Shown here in pieces: positions 49,785-61,906 of a stretch of 64,000 bases of DNA. This stretch comes from Octopus vulgaris. Its lineage: Eukaryota. The notes under the pieces are model-generated. The model searched no databases. It had not been told where the DNA came from and saw only the letters and a list, made by a program, of their open reading frames with translations. Location: the NCBI GenBank assembly GCA_951406725.2, contig OX597840.1, positions 24,552,001-24,616,000 on the forward strand. Reading direction: 5' to 3'. Both the position numbers and the translations under genes were made by a program. The first letter of the stretch is position 1. Every line of letters starts with the position of its first letter.

Positions 49785-50252
49785 ACAGCATCTCGAAAGA
49801 GTCCAGAAGCTGGCTACCAGCATGGTTCTTGGTCTCAAGCATTTGTCTTATGAAGAAAGGCTGAAGACGCTCGACCTTTATTCTCTAGAAAAACGACAAC
49901 GCTGTGGTGATCTCATTCTTGCTCACATCATAAGCGGAAAGTGTAACCTCTCGAAAGAGCTGTTCTTCACTCCTGCTCCAGAGCGTCGGCTGCGGGGTCA
50001 CTCCGAAAAGCTCTATCTGCGACGATTTCATCTCAATTGAAGGAGAGGGGCTTTCTCCGTCCAGGTTGCAGATCCCTGGAATAAGCTGCCGGATGAGATA
50101 GTGAAGATGCCGACGACCGCTCGGTTCAAAGTCTCCCTTGACAACAAATGGCCTGAACTCTTTGTCTGAACACTCTCCCTGTACATAACTCCATGTCCCC
50201 CTACATGGCCTTGCTTTTTGCTTTTTGAGCCAAAAAATTAACTTAACTTAAC
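49785..50252 (+). mobile_element. CR1-clade LINE 3' end inserted into a minus-strand RTE remnant
   Basis: LSYEERLKTLDLYSLEKRQRCGDLI..RLRGHSEKL; short (AACTT)n tail; RTE-like sequence on both sides (49555-49780, 50253-51060). Confidence 0.75.
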
Positions 50253-51069
50253 ATTGCACATACTGGCTTCGTTTCTCTCTAGTCTCCTCATATACTGCAT
50301 TAAGGCCCATGTCTTGCTCCAATGGAGCAGTGCTGTGTGTACGTAAGCATCATACCCATCAGTCTTTCACTCTGACAGACTACTTCTCCACTCCAACCCA
50401 TCCTTATTTTAGTGACTACACTTTCAGAATGTCTTTTATTACTAAAACTATCTGCTACCTCCAGGGTATGGGAGAAAATAAAGTTTCCATGTGACCGGAC
50501 TGTTTGGCACCTGTGCATCTTCAATATACAAGAATGGCCTTCTGTCAAATCCGAAAGCATCTCATGTCTTCATAGGTTGCACTGGGTGCTTACAGCATTC
50601 CTACATTTTGGGTGGGGCCATTTACAGGAGGCAGGCAGAGTCCTCTCTTCGTTAGAACCTCCGTCTTTGCTATACTGACTTTAAAATACCTGCAATTTCA
50701 TTTTAATTCTCTCAGATTCTACTGAGAGGGAAATTGTCAGTATACAGCAGTTGCCGAGGTCAATTTGTATTAAGTCCCTTTGTTATGACATGCAAGATAT
50801 TGATGAAAAAGAGGGCACAGAGAACTGATCTCTACTGAATAACTACCACTATATTAGATTCCTTACTGTACTCACCGTACAGAAAGCATCCCTGTACATG
50901 ACATGTACAGCTTTTACAATTCACTCATCAATTCCTACCTTCCTCAAAGACCCCTATATCACAAAGTGAGCCACTCTATCAAAGACTTTCTCCAGACCAA
51001 CAAGTGCCAAGTATAATGGTTTATTCATAACTAAATACTTGTCTTGCAGTCGTAACTAGGAAGACCTAT

Positions 51070-51480
51070 TCATCATCATCATCATCGTTTAACATCCACT
51101 TTCCATGCTAGCATGGGTTGGACGGTTCAACTGGGGTCTGGGAAGCCAGAAGGCTGCACCAGGCCCAGTCAGATCTGGCAGTGTTTCTATAGCTGGATGC
51201 CCTTCCCAACACCAACCACTCCATGAGTGTAGTGGGTGCTTTTTACGTGCCACCGATACAGGTGCCAGACAAGGCTGGCGAACGGCCACGCTCAGATGGT
51301 GCTTTTTACGTGCCACTGGCACGGAGGCCAGGCGAGGCTGGCAACGGCCACAATCGGATGCTGTTTGTTACGTGCCACCGGCACGGAGGCCAGTCGAGGT
51401 GGCGCTGGCTACGGCCACGTTCGGATGGTTCTCCTACGTGCCACCGGCATCACAACTACAAATTCCATTGATGTTGATCG
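51070..51480 (-). mobile_element. Family C element
   Basis: (CAT)n tail followed by the reverse complement of the 20400-20700 sequence. Confidence 0.75.
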
Positions 51481-51609
51481 ATTTCGATTTTTTCATATAT
51501 ATATACCGGAGTAAACACATAAATGTGAAACAAGGTGGAAAAAAGAGTACTCAAATACCAGTGGTAGAGTAATATGCTTTATTTAAAGCAGCAGAAAATT
51601 CAACAAAAT

Positions 51610-51647
51610 CTGTTACTCTGAGTTTCTCGTTGCCGTTCATCAGACAG
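51610..51647 (-). ncRNA. Minimal type-I hammerhead ribozyme motif (Penelope-associated type)
   Basis: Minus strand CUGU-CUGAUGA-ACG-GCAA-CGA-GAAAC-UCAGA-GUA-ACAG: intact core, GUA triplet, stem I CUGU/ACAG; one mismatch at the base of stem II. Confidence 0.65.
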
Positions 51648-52963
51648 TTTTTGCTAGAAATTTTTGAATTTTCTGCTGCTTTAAATAAAGTATATATATA
51701 TATATATACATACATACATATACATAGGTAGGGTTATAATCTAAATTGTGTTGTCTTGAAGTATATATGTTTATTCCAGAACACCAAAGTTATATGTATA
51801 TTTGTGCTAGGTATGCAGTAAGAGTTGAAAAATACTGGAAAATAGCTTTTAAGAAACACAGGAGATTGGGGAACGTTTTGGTGTTATTTATTCACAATTA
51901 CATGCATTTACAAAATTTTATACATAGAGAAAACAAACATGTCAGATATCTCTTATTAGAAATTATTCATACATACATACATCACTTATTGTCCACTTTC
52001 CATGCTGGGATGGGAACTGGCAAGCTTCAGAACTGCACCAAGTTGCACTCTGATTTGACCAAAAAATATTATCAATTAATTTTCAAGAATTATCTACTTG
52101 CGTTTTATTTAATTTGTTCGAAAAATATTATTTAATTTGTGTAAAAAAAAATTATTTCATTTTGTTCATAAACAGGTAACACACAGTGTGTAAAATAATT
52201 ATTTTATTTAGTTCATAAAAAGGTAATGCGCATGTGCAAATGAACTCATTTGCATACGCCCAAGTCGTAGTATCGACCACGTACGACTAGCTTGCGTGTC
52301 GCTGCGCAACAAGACCAGCATGTGCTAGTAGTACCATAATGCTTTGCCTTGAGAATTGTTTACCTTGAAAGCGAAAAAACAAGACCAACATATACAACAG
52401 GTATGTAAAACATACCTGTTGTATATGTAAAGCATTTTATTAAAAAAAAAAAAACATTCTTGAAGACTAAACTAGACAGTATAATACTGCCTAACGCATC
52501 TTATGAAATTCATAAAAGCAGTCTGTTTTATCACCGCCAACTAAACTTGGACAGATATGTTGAAAACAACACACCTGATTATTGATTGGAAAAAAAAAAA
52601 CCCGAAAAAAGTTAAAAATTAGGAGGAAGCAGAGAGTTAAAATTTTAAAAATGTAGATTTTTGCATATTCAGAATCTCCATCATAGAAAGCTCAGTTCCG
52701 GGAGGCTGACTCCACTAGTTCCACCTAGTAACTTAAGGTGTATTGATCGCAGCAGGCATGGAACACTACTTATTAGTTCCTGAAATATTGGTAACTATCA
52801 TTAACATACGAAATATAATCTGATAGCAGCAAATAGAATGGTTTTTCACTACTCACACTTCACTCAAAAATGCTTCTTGCTTTCTCACTCTTCCCCAAAA
52901 CGCCAATCAAAATACTCATCATCAGAACTGCAAACAAAAAGCGTGGTGCAGACAAATTCTGTC

Positions 52964-53260
52964 GGTACAACTAGCGAACAGCAGTTCCGGTGCGCGCACA
53001 CATGCAGTCACGCATAAAGCCGTGAAAGAGTCTATTAAAAAGAATTCATATCGGTAAAACTAAATTAAAACTACGGGACTTTATCCTCGTTACATATTTA
53101 TGGTCGCATAACACACCTATTTATACATCGATTGAAATGGCACAAAGTACTTGTTATTCAATGGTACCAATACATCAGAGACATTTGCAGTAATCATCCT
53201 GTGAATAACCCATACCGAATTGGTGGACTTGGGCACATCGTAGAAATAGATGAATCCAAG
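52964..53260 (+). mobile_element. Merlin left TIR plus transposase fragment
   Basis: TIR GGTACAACTAGCGAACAGCAGTTCCGGTGCGCGC; translation ..YRIGGLGHIVEIDESK at ~53212-53260, then cut by a LINE. Confidence 0.65.
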
Positions 53261-56210
53261 AAAAACAAGGAAAATGGAAGTGCTACGTGATGGGACAGAG
53301 AGCGTTCAACATGCTGGCGAATGACTTCCGAAATGATGCGTGCCCATCCAGGATGAGCAAAGAAGATGCCCTGAAAGATGTGGAAAGTAAGAGCACCAGC
53401 ACGCCGATTCCATGGACCCAGGAGGCAGAAGAGACGGGATCCCCCCGTCTGCCGGACCCAGACGAAACAAGGTAAGTGAATTATGGCTGTATAAATGTGC
53501 GCAGCCTGACATCGAACTGGAAACAAGGCAGTTTACTAAATGATGTCAGGTCGCAGAATTTAGACGTAATTGTAGCTACTGAGACGCGAATCGAAGGGCC
53601 AAGAGATCTACTCCCGCTCATGGATGGCTACGAGAAATATACTTCTGGCCGGCAGTGGGGTGTTGGTCCTGCTTAAAAAAGATAGAGTCTCAGAGAAAAA
53701 GTTGATTTTTTCTGATTCAGAAGGTAGGCTGGTCGTCTTAGATCTGACGTTCAGTTGTGGTAAAGAAATCAGGCTGGTAGCAGTATACACACCTAATTCG
53801 AGTCAGACTGATTTTTATCGAGACCTGTTGAAGTTTCTTGGCACGTCAAAATCCATAGTCATGCTAGGGGACTTTAACGCCATAGTCGATGCGCGCGTCG
53901 ATGGCGTTGGCTCAAAAGATAGAAAACCAAACCCTGGCTTCCGGGATCTACTGAGTCGCTTCCAGCAGGTAGATCCCTACAGACTTGAATTCCCGAACGC
54001 TCCACAGTGCTGACCACAGGGAACGTGCTGACCGGCGTCTTCGCGAACTGACGACAGAATGGGTTCATTCCCAGATCTGTACGTCGGGGAGTGGTGACGC
54101 TGATCAGAAAGGACCCGAGCAAGGGGGACAACATAGACAACTTTCGGCCCATCACCCTGCTAAATGCAGAGTTGAAGATTTTGGCCAAGGTGTTAGCGAA
54201 AAGGTTGACGCGTGTCGCGGGTGGTCTGATCGGGGAGGCACAAACATGTGCGGTCCCTGGAAGAACCATCCAGGACAATCTTCACCTAGTACGCTACACA
54301 ATAGAGAGGTTTGGGAATGACTCTGGCAAAGGTGGGGCATTGGTCCATTTAGACCAGAGTAAAGCGTTTGATAGGGTGAACCATCGGTACCTGGTGTCCG
54401 TGCTGGCGCAGTTCGGTCTGGGTGTTGGCTTCCTCAGGTGGATCATACAATTGTACGATAACATCGACTCGATCGTTCGGGTGAATGGCTTCTTTTCGAA
54501 ACCGTTCCGCATCAGACAGTCTGTTCGTCAAGGGTGTCCGCTCTCCCCGATTTTGTATGTGATGGCTCTCGAGCCACTGCTGCGAAAGCTGAGCGCCATC
54601 CCGATGAATCCAGGAGGTGGAGGATCTGTGACATCGTATGCGGACGACATCACCATCATCGTGACCGAGGTGGAACTCCTACGTAATGTGGGAGATGCCA
54701 TCAAGGCTTACGAGACGGCGACAGGAGCAAAGATTAACCGGGAAAAATTGGTCGGCTTGCAACTCGGCACGTCGATGCCTTCGAATAGCATCGTGGGTTG
54801 CTGGAGGGAGGGCCCGGTTAAGCTGCTAGGGATCTGGTTTGGTCCAGATCTCCAGATAGAAAAGAACTGGTAGGAGGTGACGGGCAAGGTGGCTCACGCG
54901 GTCGGAACTTGGTCCGGACGGTGGCTATCCTTGAAAGGGAGGGCGGAGGTGGCCAATGTGTTTTTAGCATCGGTCATCACCTACCGCCTGACCGTCGTCC
55001 CTTGTCCGGATTCGTGGTTAAGCAAGTTGGAGAGGCAGATCTTCCACTTTTTGTGGAAGGGAAGCACTCCTCTTGTAAGACGTTCTATTTGCTGTCAGAA
55101 ACCGTTAAAGGGTGGCTTAGGGATGCCTTGGCTGATGATGCGCTGAGGTTAAGGCATCTTTGGCTCTACCTGGATGGTGAACGGGTGTGGTCCCCACTTG
55201 CGAGGCAGATGTTCACCATGTTTGTCAGTTTCGGTGGCAGAGAAACCTGGTTTCGTCGTAGACTTAGATCGAGCATGTGGTATTCGGAGTGCCACAAGGC
55301 ACTCTGCCACTTCCGCAAGTCGGGCAATGCCGGCGGCTTTGGTACCACCGCAGCTTTCTAGAGCAGGTTGGTAGAGGCCGGAAATGACGATGCCTTGGGA
55401 AGGACCTTGGGCCTCGATCGAAATCAGTTAGACAGCCTGTTCCGAAGGACGTTCGGGCCGAAGACATTGGATAACTTCCAGAAGTCTTTGACCTGGCAAT
55501 GTTTCAGAGGGAGCTTTACCCGTTCGGGATAAACTCACAAGGCATGGTTGGAGTGGACCATCGAACTGCCCAAGATGCGAGCGGGATCTGGAAACAGTCT
55601 CGCACGCTATTGTTCAGTGTCCGGAAGTTTCGGACGTGTGGGTATATGCCGAACACCTGTTGTCAGACGGAAGAAGAGTACAGCTATCGGCTGAGACAAT
55701 TATAAAAATTGACTCGCCTAGCTTTTTGACAAGTGAAGGTAAGCATTGCTTTCTCAGTACAGTAGCAGTAGCGAAAGAGTAAATATGGAAGACTAGAATG
55801 AAAGCGGTAATGACAGGCACCATGATCTCTGGCTCCGCCTTGGTGACCTATTTCAGGTTCCACCTAAAAAGAAAGGTGGAGTTAGAGGAAAGGTGTCTGT
55901 CTGCGTGTGAGTTCGACAAAATATGGAAACGTGTGGCACGATTGCTGCGAGTGAAAGGGGCCACGTGAACATGCTGTAAGTTGGCTGCCGAGTTTCGGTG
56001 GGAAAAACAGGGCTCGTGGGGTCGGCAATCCTGGTGTTCCCACTTCATGTGTTCCTTTTATGTCGTGCTGTTGTTAAAAACATTGTGTATCATTCGATTT
56101 CTTCGATTTTGTGTAAACATTTTTAAAGCTCATTTTTATGTAAATTTCATCTGTATCTCGTGACCCCAAATCATGATGTGTTGTCCCCTTGTGGGTAATA
56201 AAGAAATAGG
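53261..56210 (+). mobile_element. L1/Tx1-like LINE, 5'-truncated and internally deleted
   Basis: ORF1 tail, APE endonuclease (MLGDFNA), RT (NFRPITLLN, LDQSKAFD, RQGCPLSP, YADD) and C-terminal CPRC..H..C; stops and frameshifts; ~1.1 kb missing near 54010. Confidence 0.9.
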
Positions 56211-56218
56211 TGAACCCG

Positions 56219-59200
56219 ATAGGATGTGTATTTTTTTCGGCTTGTGAAAATTTTGTCAGTGTATTCTACTACCAGTTGTTATTTGTGAAAGAAAAAACAA
56301 AAAGAAAAAGTAAGTTGTTTTTTGAATTCGTTAGTCGAATTTATTTGACTAATATTAGTGAAGCCGCTGAGGAGGGGTAGGTCAATAATGGCCAGCCCGA
56401 AGGCGGACTGAACGGAAGACCAAACCCAGGTCCTGAGTCCAGAGATGTCCAGCCTAGAAAAAACAATAGCTTTACCTGACATTTCCTCGGACGAAGAGGA
56501 AAGTAGGGGAATCAGAAATGCGGTACGAAGAAATATAGATGTGCCAAGCGTGGCAAAGAAAGCGCTAAACTTCGCCGAGGCGGCTAGCCCAAAAGAAAGA
56601 AAGATAAACCTGACCAAGTTGGAAGAAGTGAAAAAGATAGTATCCCGAAACGGGTATGAAATTAAACTGAATCAGACGCAAGAATTTCGCGAAGAGATAG
56701 AGAGAAAGACGATAATATATAAAACATATCGTAATAAGGAAAGGAGAATAGACTTTTCTTCGGAAAAGGAAGTGGAGGCTTGCTTACTACCCATCTGGGA
56801 AAAAATTACATTTTTAACCAGGGGTAAGAGATATGGTACCGTGGAAACCAGGTTCAGAACAGAGGAAGAAGCAAGGGAGCAGTCCATGAAACCCCTGAAA
56901 ACAGATACAATAACCCTTCTACCTATTTATAGAGGAAGGCGCATTTCAAGAATAACAATTGCTAACATACCGCCAGAGGTTGAGCCCGAACTAATAGTGG
57001 CTGGAGTCACTGCAGGGCTGGAAGAAAAAATAGAAATTCGCGATGCCACGGTGGAAGACGCCAAAAAGTGGCAAGGACAGAGAGTAAAGATTATTATACA
57101 GGCCGAGCCGGACGTCTTGGAAGAGATAGGCGAGGTTATCGAGATAGGAGAGAGCCGGATGGCAGTAATGGTGGAGGGCCGGAAGCCCAGGTGTTTCACC
57201 TGTGGCAAAAAGGGCCACATCAAGAAAGACTGCAAGCCGGCGGAGGAGAAGAGCGAACCCACAAAGCCAAGTTCTCAAGTGGCGGCAACAGAAACAACAC
57301 CTGCAACAGAAGTAGGGGAGGGGTGGTCACAGGTTGCTGCTACAAAACGAAAACACAATAACCCCTCCCCGGAGAAAACCATAAGCAAAGAGAAGAGAGA
57401 AGTGAAGAAAGCGAAGAAGCCGGAGAAGGAAAACAAGGTGTATGTTGCGATGAACACCGCAAACAGAGAAGTGATGCGTAGAGTGGAGACACAACACATC
57501 GAGGAGGTGGAGATGGAAGTGAGATGTGGAGACTGGAGATGCTACGTGATGGGACTGAGAGGGTTCAACACGTTAGCAAATGATTTTAGAAAAGATGTAG
57601 GCCCATCCAGAATGAGCAAGGGGGATGCCCTGAAGGATGTAGAAAAGAAGAACAGCAGCTCGCCGATTCCACGGCCCTCGGAGGCAGAAGAGACGGGTTC
57701 CCCCCGTCGGCCGGACCCAGAGGAAATAAGGTAAGCAAACTATGGCTGTTTACGTTGGTTGTATAAATGTGCGCACCCTGGTAGCGAACTGGAAACAAGG
57801 TCGTTTACTAAACGATATCAGGGTGCAGAATTTAAATGTAATTGTAGCTACTGAGACACGAATCGAAGGGCCAAGAGATCTACTCCCGCTCATGGACGGC
57901 TACGAGAAATTTATTTCTCCTGGATGGCATGTGGGCGGGAGTGGGGTGTTGGTCCTGCTTAAAAAAGATAGTGTCTCAGAGAAAAAGTTGATTTTTTCTG
58001 ATTCAGAAGGTAGGCTGGTCGTCTTAGATCTGACGTTCAGTTGTGGTAAAGAAATCAGGCTGGTAGCAGTATACGCACCTAATTCGAGTCAGACTGATTT
58101 TTATCGAGACCTGGAGAAGTTTCTTGGCACGTCAAAATCCATAGTCATGCTAGGGGACTTTAATGCCATAGTCGATGCGCGCGTCGATGGCGTTGGCTCA
58201 AAAGATAGAAAACCAAACCTTGGCTTCCGGGATCTACTGAGTCGCTTCCAGCTGGTAGATCCCTACAGACTTGAATTCCCAAACGCTCCACAGTGGACGT
58301 GGTCAAATAGCGACGGGTCTGTCAGGTCCTACATAGACAGAATTCTCATTAGAAAAATAGATAAAGGATTAGTTAAGTGTCCAGTTTCACCTGGTCAGTT
58401 ACAGCGATCACAAGATGGTCACTGGCGAACTGAACCTAGATAAGTTAGGTAGTAAGGGATCCGGCTACTGGAAACTCAATAAGTCCCTTCTGGCTATTGA
58501 GGAGTACAGAAACCGGATCGAGTTATTAGTGCAGAGGGCGTTAACCGGTTCCATTATTAACAACAAATGGTGGTACGCCCTCAAATACGAGTCCGTTAGA
58601 TACAGCATAGGTCTAGCAACTAGTGGGCATAGGAAAGAGATGGGGCTAGTTAAGGCCTTAGAGGAAGCCATGAGAGCTGGCGATGGAGCCCAAGTTAGGC
58701 TGAAGAGACTGGAGTTGAACCAGCACCTCGAAGCCAAACATATGGGTTGTATCGTCAGAGCTAGAATCCATGCAATGGGGTGCGAGGGTATTAAGGCTGC
58801 CGGATGGTCACGAACTGTGGAGGCTTGACGTGGAAATGATTCCACAATGAAGTCTGTGACGAACGGGCAAGGCGATGTGATTACCGAACCAGGAGATGTG
58901 TCGGACGTTTCAGGAGCACTTCGCTCGACTCTTTGGGGGCTCCGGCGGGCCGGTGGACATTACGGACATCCTCGCTGGGTTGCCGCGGAGAGCTGTGAAG
59001 CGTCAATCTCGCCTGAGGAGATAGCTGAGGCCATGGCCGACTGTGGTGAAGGTAGGTCGCCGGGAGTTGATGGTTTACCCTACGAGCTATATAAAAGGAT
59101 GCCAGACTTGTTCGGGAACGTGCTGGCCGGCGTTTTCGCGAACTGGCGGCAGAATGGGTTCATTCCCAGATCTGTACGTTGGGGAGTGGTGACGCTGATC

Positions 59201-61218
59201 AAAAAGGACCCGAGCAAGGGGGATAGCATAGACAACTTTCGGCCCATCACCCTGCTAAATGCAGAGTTGAAGATTTTGGCCAAGGTGTTAGCGAAAAGGT
59301 TGACGCGTGTCATCTGATTGGGGAGGCACAAACTTGTGAGGTCCCCGGAAGAACCATTCAGGACAATCTTCATCTAGTACGCTACACCATAGAGGGATTT
59401 GGGAATGACTCTGGCAAAGGTGGGGCACTGGTCCATTTAGACCAGAGTAAAGCGTTTGATAGGGTGAACCATCGGTACCTGGTGTCCATGCTGGCGCAGT
59501 TCGGTCTGGGCATTGGCTTCCTCATGTGGATCATACAGTTGTACAATAACATCGACTCGATTGTTCGGGTGAATGGCTTCTTTTCGAAACCGTTCCGCAT
59601 CAGACGGCCTGTTTGTCAAGGGTCTCCGCTCTCCCCTATTTTGTATGTGATGGCTCTCGAGCCACTGCTGTGAAAGCCGAGCGCCATCCCGACGAATCCA
59701 GGAGGTGGAGGATCTGTGACATCGTATGCGGACGACATCACCATCATCGTGACCGAGGTGGAACTCCTACGTAATGTGGGAGATGCCATCAAGGCTTACG
59801 AGACGGCGACAGGAGCAAAGATTAACCGGGAAAAATTGGTCGGCTTGCAACTCGGCACGTCGATGCCTTCGAATAGCATCGTGGGTTGCTGGACGGAGGG
59901 CCCGGTTAAGCTGCTAGGGATCTGGTTTGGTCCAGATATCCAGATAGAAAAGAACTGGTCTGAGGTGATGAGCAAGGTGGCTATCCTTGAAAGGGAGGGC
60001 GGAGGTGGCCAATGTGTTTTTAGCATCGGTCATCACCTACTGCCTGACCGTCGTCCCTTGTCCGGATTCGTGGTTAAGCAAGTTGGAGGAAGATCTTCCA
60101 CTTTTTGTGGAAGGGAAACACTCCTCTTGTAAGACGTTCTATTTGCTGTCAGAAACCGTTAAAGGGTGGTTAGGGATGCCTTGGCTGTTGATGCGCTGAG
60201 GTTAAGGCATCTTTGGCCCTACCTGGATGGTGAACGGGTGTGGTCCCCACTTGCGAGGCAGATGATCCCCAGCTTTGCCAGTTTCAGTGGCAGAGAAACC
60301 AGGTATCGTCGTAGACTTAGATCGAGCATGTGGTATTCGGAGTGCCATAAGGCACTCTGCCACTTCCGCAAGTCGGGCAATACTGGCGGCTTTGGTACCA
60401 CCGCAGCTTTCTATAGCAGGTTGGTAGAGGCCGGAAATGACGATGCCTTGGGAAGGACCTTGGGCCTCGAGCGTAATCAGTTAGACAGCCTGTTCCGAAG
60501 GACGTTCGGGCCGAAGACATTGGATAACTTCCAGAAGTCTTTGACCTGGCAATGTTTCAGAGGAGCTTTACCCGTTCAGGATAAACTCACAAGGCATGGT
60601 TGGAGTGGACCATCGAAGTGTCCAAGATGTGAGCGGGATCTGGAAACAGTCTCGCATGCTATTGTTCAGTGTCCGGAAGTTTCGGACGTGTGGGAATATG
60701 CGGAACACCTGTTGTCAGATGGAAGAAGAGTACAGCTATCGGCTGAGACAATTATAAAAATTGACTCGCCTAGCTTTTTGACAAGTGAAGGTAAGCATTG
60801 CTTTCTCAGTACAGTAGCAGTAGCGAAAGAGTGTATATGGAAGACTAGAATGAAAGCGGTAACGACAGGCACCATGATCTCTGGCTCCGCCTCGGTGACC
60901 TTTTTCAGGTTCCACCTAAAGAGAAAGGTGGAGTTAGAGAAAAGGTGTCTGTCTGCGTGTGAGTTTGACAAAATATGGAAACGTGTGACACGATTGCTGC
61001 GAGTGAAAGGGGCCACATGAACACGCTGTATGTTGGCTGCCGAGTTTCGGTGGGAAAAACAGGGCTCGTGGGGTCGGCAGTCCTGGTGTTCCCACTTCAT
61101 GTGTTCCTTTTATGTCGTGCTGTAAAAATTTGTGTATCATTCGATTTCCTCGATTTTATGTAAAATCATGTGTTTTCCCCCATCTTCGTTAGCCCCTTGT
61201 GGGTAATAAAGAAACAAC
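56219..61218 (+). mobile_element. L1/Tx1-like LINE, ~5.0 kb, apparently full length but ORF2 disrupted
   Basis: 5'UTR, ORF1, ORF2 pieces 57742-61020 (APE, RT, Cys-rich), AATAAAGAAA tail; TGAACCCG on both flanks (56211-56218, 61219-61226). Confidence 0.9.
56445..57734 (+). CDS. LINE ORF1 (gag-like nucleic-acid chaperone with CCHC zinc knuckle)
   Basis: Uninterrupted 429 aa; CFTCGKKGHIKKDC knuckle; immediately upstream of the endonuclease ORF. Confidence 0.85.
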   Translation: MSSLEKTIALPDISSDEEESRGIRNAVRRNIDVPSVAKKALNFAEAASPKERKINLTKLEEVKKIVSRNGYEIKLNQTQEFREEIERKTIIYKTYRNKERRIDFSSEKEVEACLLPIWEKITFLTRGKRYGTVETRFRTEEEAREQSMKPLKTDTITLLPIYRGRRISRITIANIPPEVEPELIVAGVTAGLEEKIEIRDATVEDAKKWQGQRVKIIIQAEPDVLEEIGEVIEIGESRMAVMVEGRKPRCFTCGKKGHIKKDCKPAEEKSEPTKPSSQVAATETTPATEVGEGWSQVAATKRKHNNPSPEKTISKEKREVKKAKKPEKENKVYVAMNTANREVMRRVETQHIEEVEMEVRCGDWRCYVMGLRGFNTLANDFRKDVGPSRMSKGDALKDVEKKNSSSPIPRPSEAEETGSPRRPDPEEIR

Positions 61219-61272
61219 TGAACCCGGAACCATGTGGTTGGTAAGGAAGCTACTTACCACACAGCCATCCAC
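61216..61272 (-). mobile_element. 5' head of a family B SINE, interrupted at the B-box by the LINE
   Basis: Reverse complement of GGCTGTGTGGTAAGTAGCTT..CCAACCACATGGTTCCGGGTTCAGT. Confidence 0.75.
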
Positions 61273-61593
61273 TCTTTCTCGAACACATCTCCTCTAAACC
61301 CTGCCAACGCTGTTTCCCCGAACACACTTCTCGACAAAACTTGTATTTTTTTTGTAACTTTCAAATAAAATGATAAAAAAAAAAAACACCTTAATTTCAT
61401 ATTGATGTGGGGAAAATACTCCGAAAGAAATCTTTGCAGAAAGGTGAGTAGATTCATTACACATTTCATTATGTTACTGCAGTTTAGTGAGATTTGGCTT
61501 TTATTTCTAGCATGAAAATAGCCGGCTTGAGGGGGATATATCTATATATTTTTTTTTTTTAATTTTACAAACAAAAAGTGAAAACTGAATTAA

Positions 61594-61792
61594 CCCTTTA
61601 GCATTTAAACCGGCCATATCCGGCCAAAAGTATTCTGCCTGTTTTATGTTCATCCTGGCCAGATCCGGTCTCTTACACCAACCCTACAATATCGTTTTAA
61701 AAATTAACAGCTACAAGATAATGCCTGATTAATTCAAAACAATTTGGATGTAAAAACATTAATTTTGGCAGAATAAAGCGAACACTAAAGGG
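61594..61792. mobile_element. piggyBac-type MITE
   Basis: TTAA|CCCTTTAG..CTAAAGGG|TTAA termini with TTAA TSD. Confidence 0.7.
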
Positions 61793-61906
61793 TTAATGGG
61801 GAGAGGGGGGGTTGAATTTTTGAAGTTGCGATTCATAATTATTCTGTGACAATATAATCTGTACTTACCACATGTGTGGTAGATTTGTTGACTATTTTCA
61901 ACAAAT

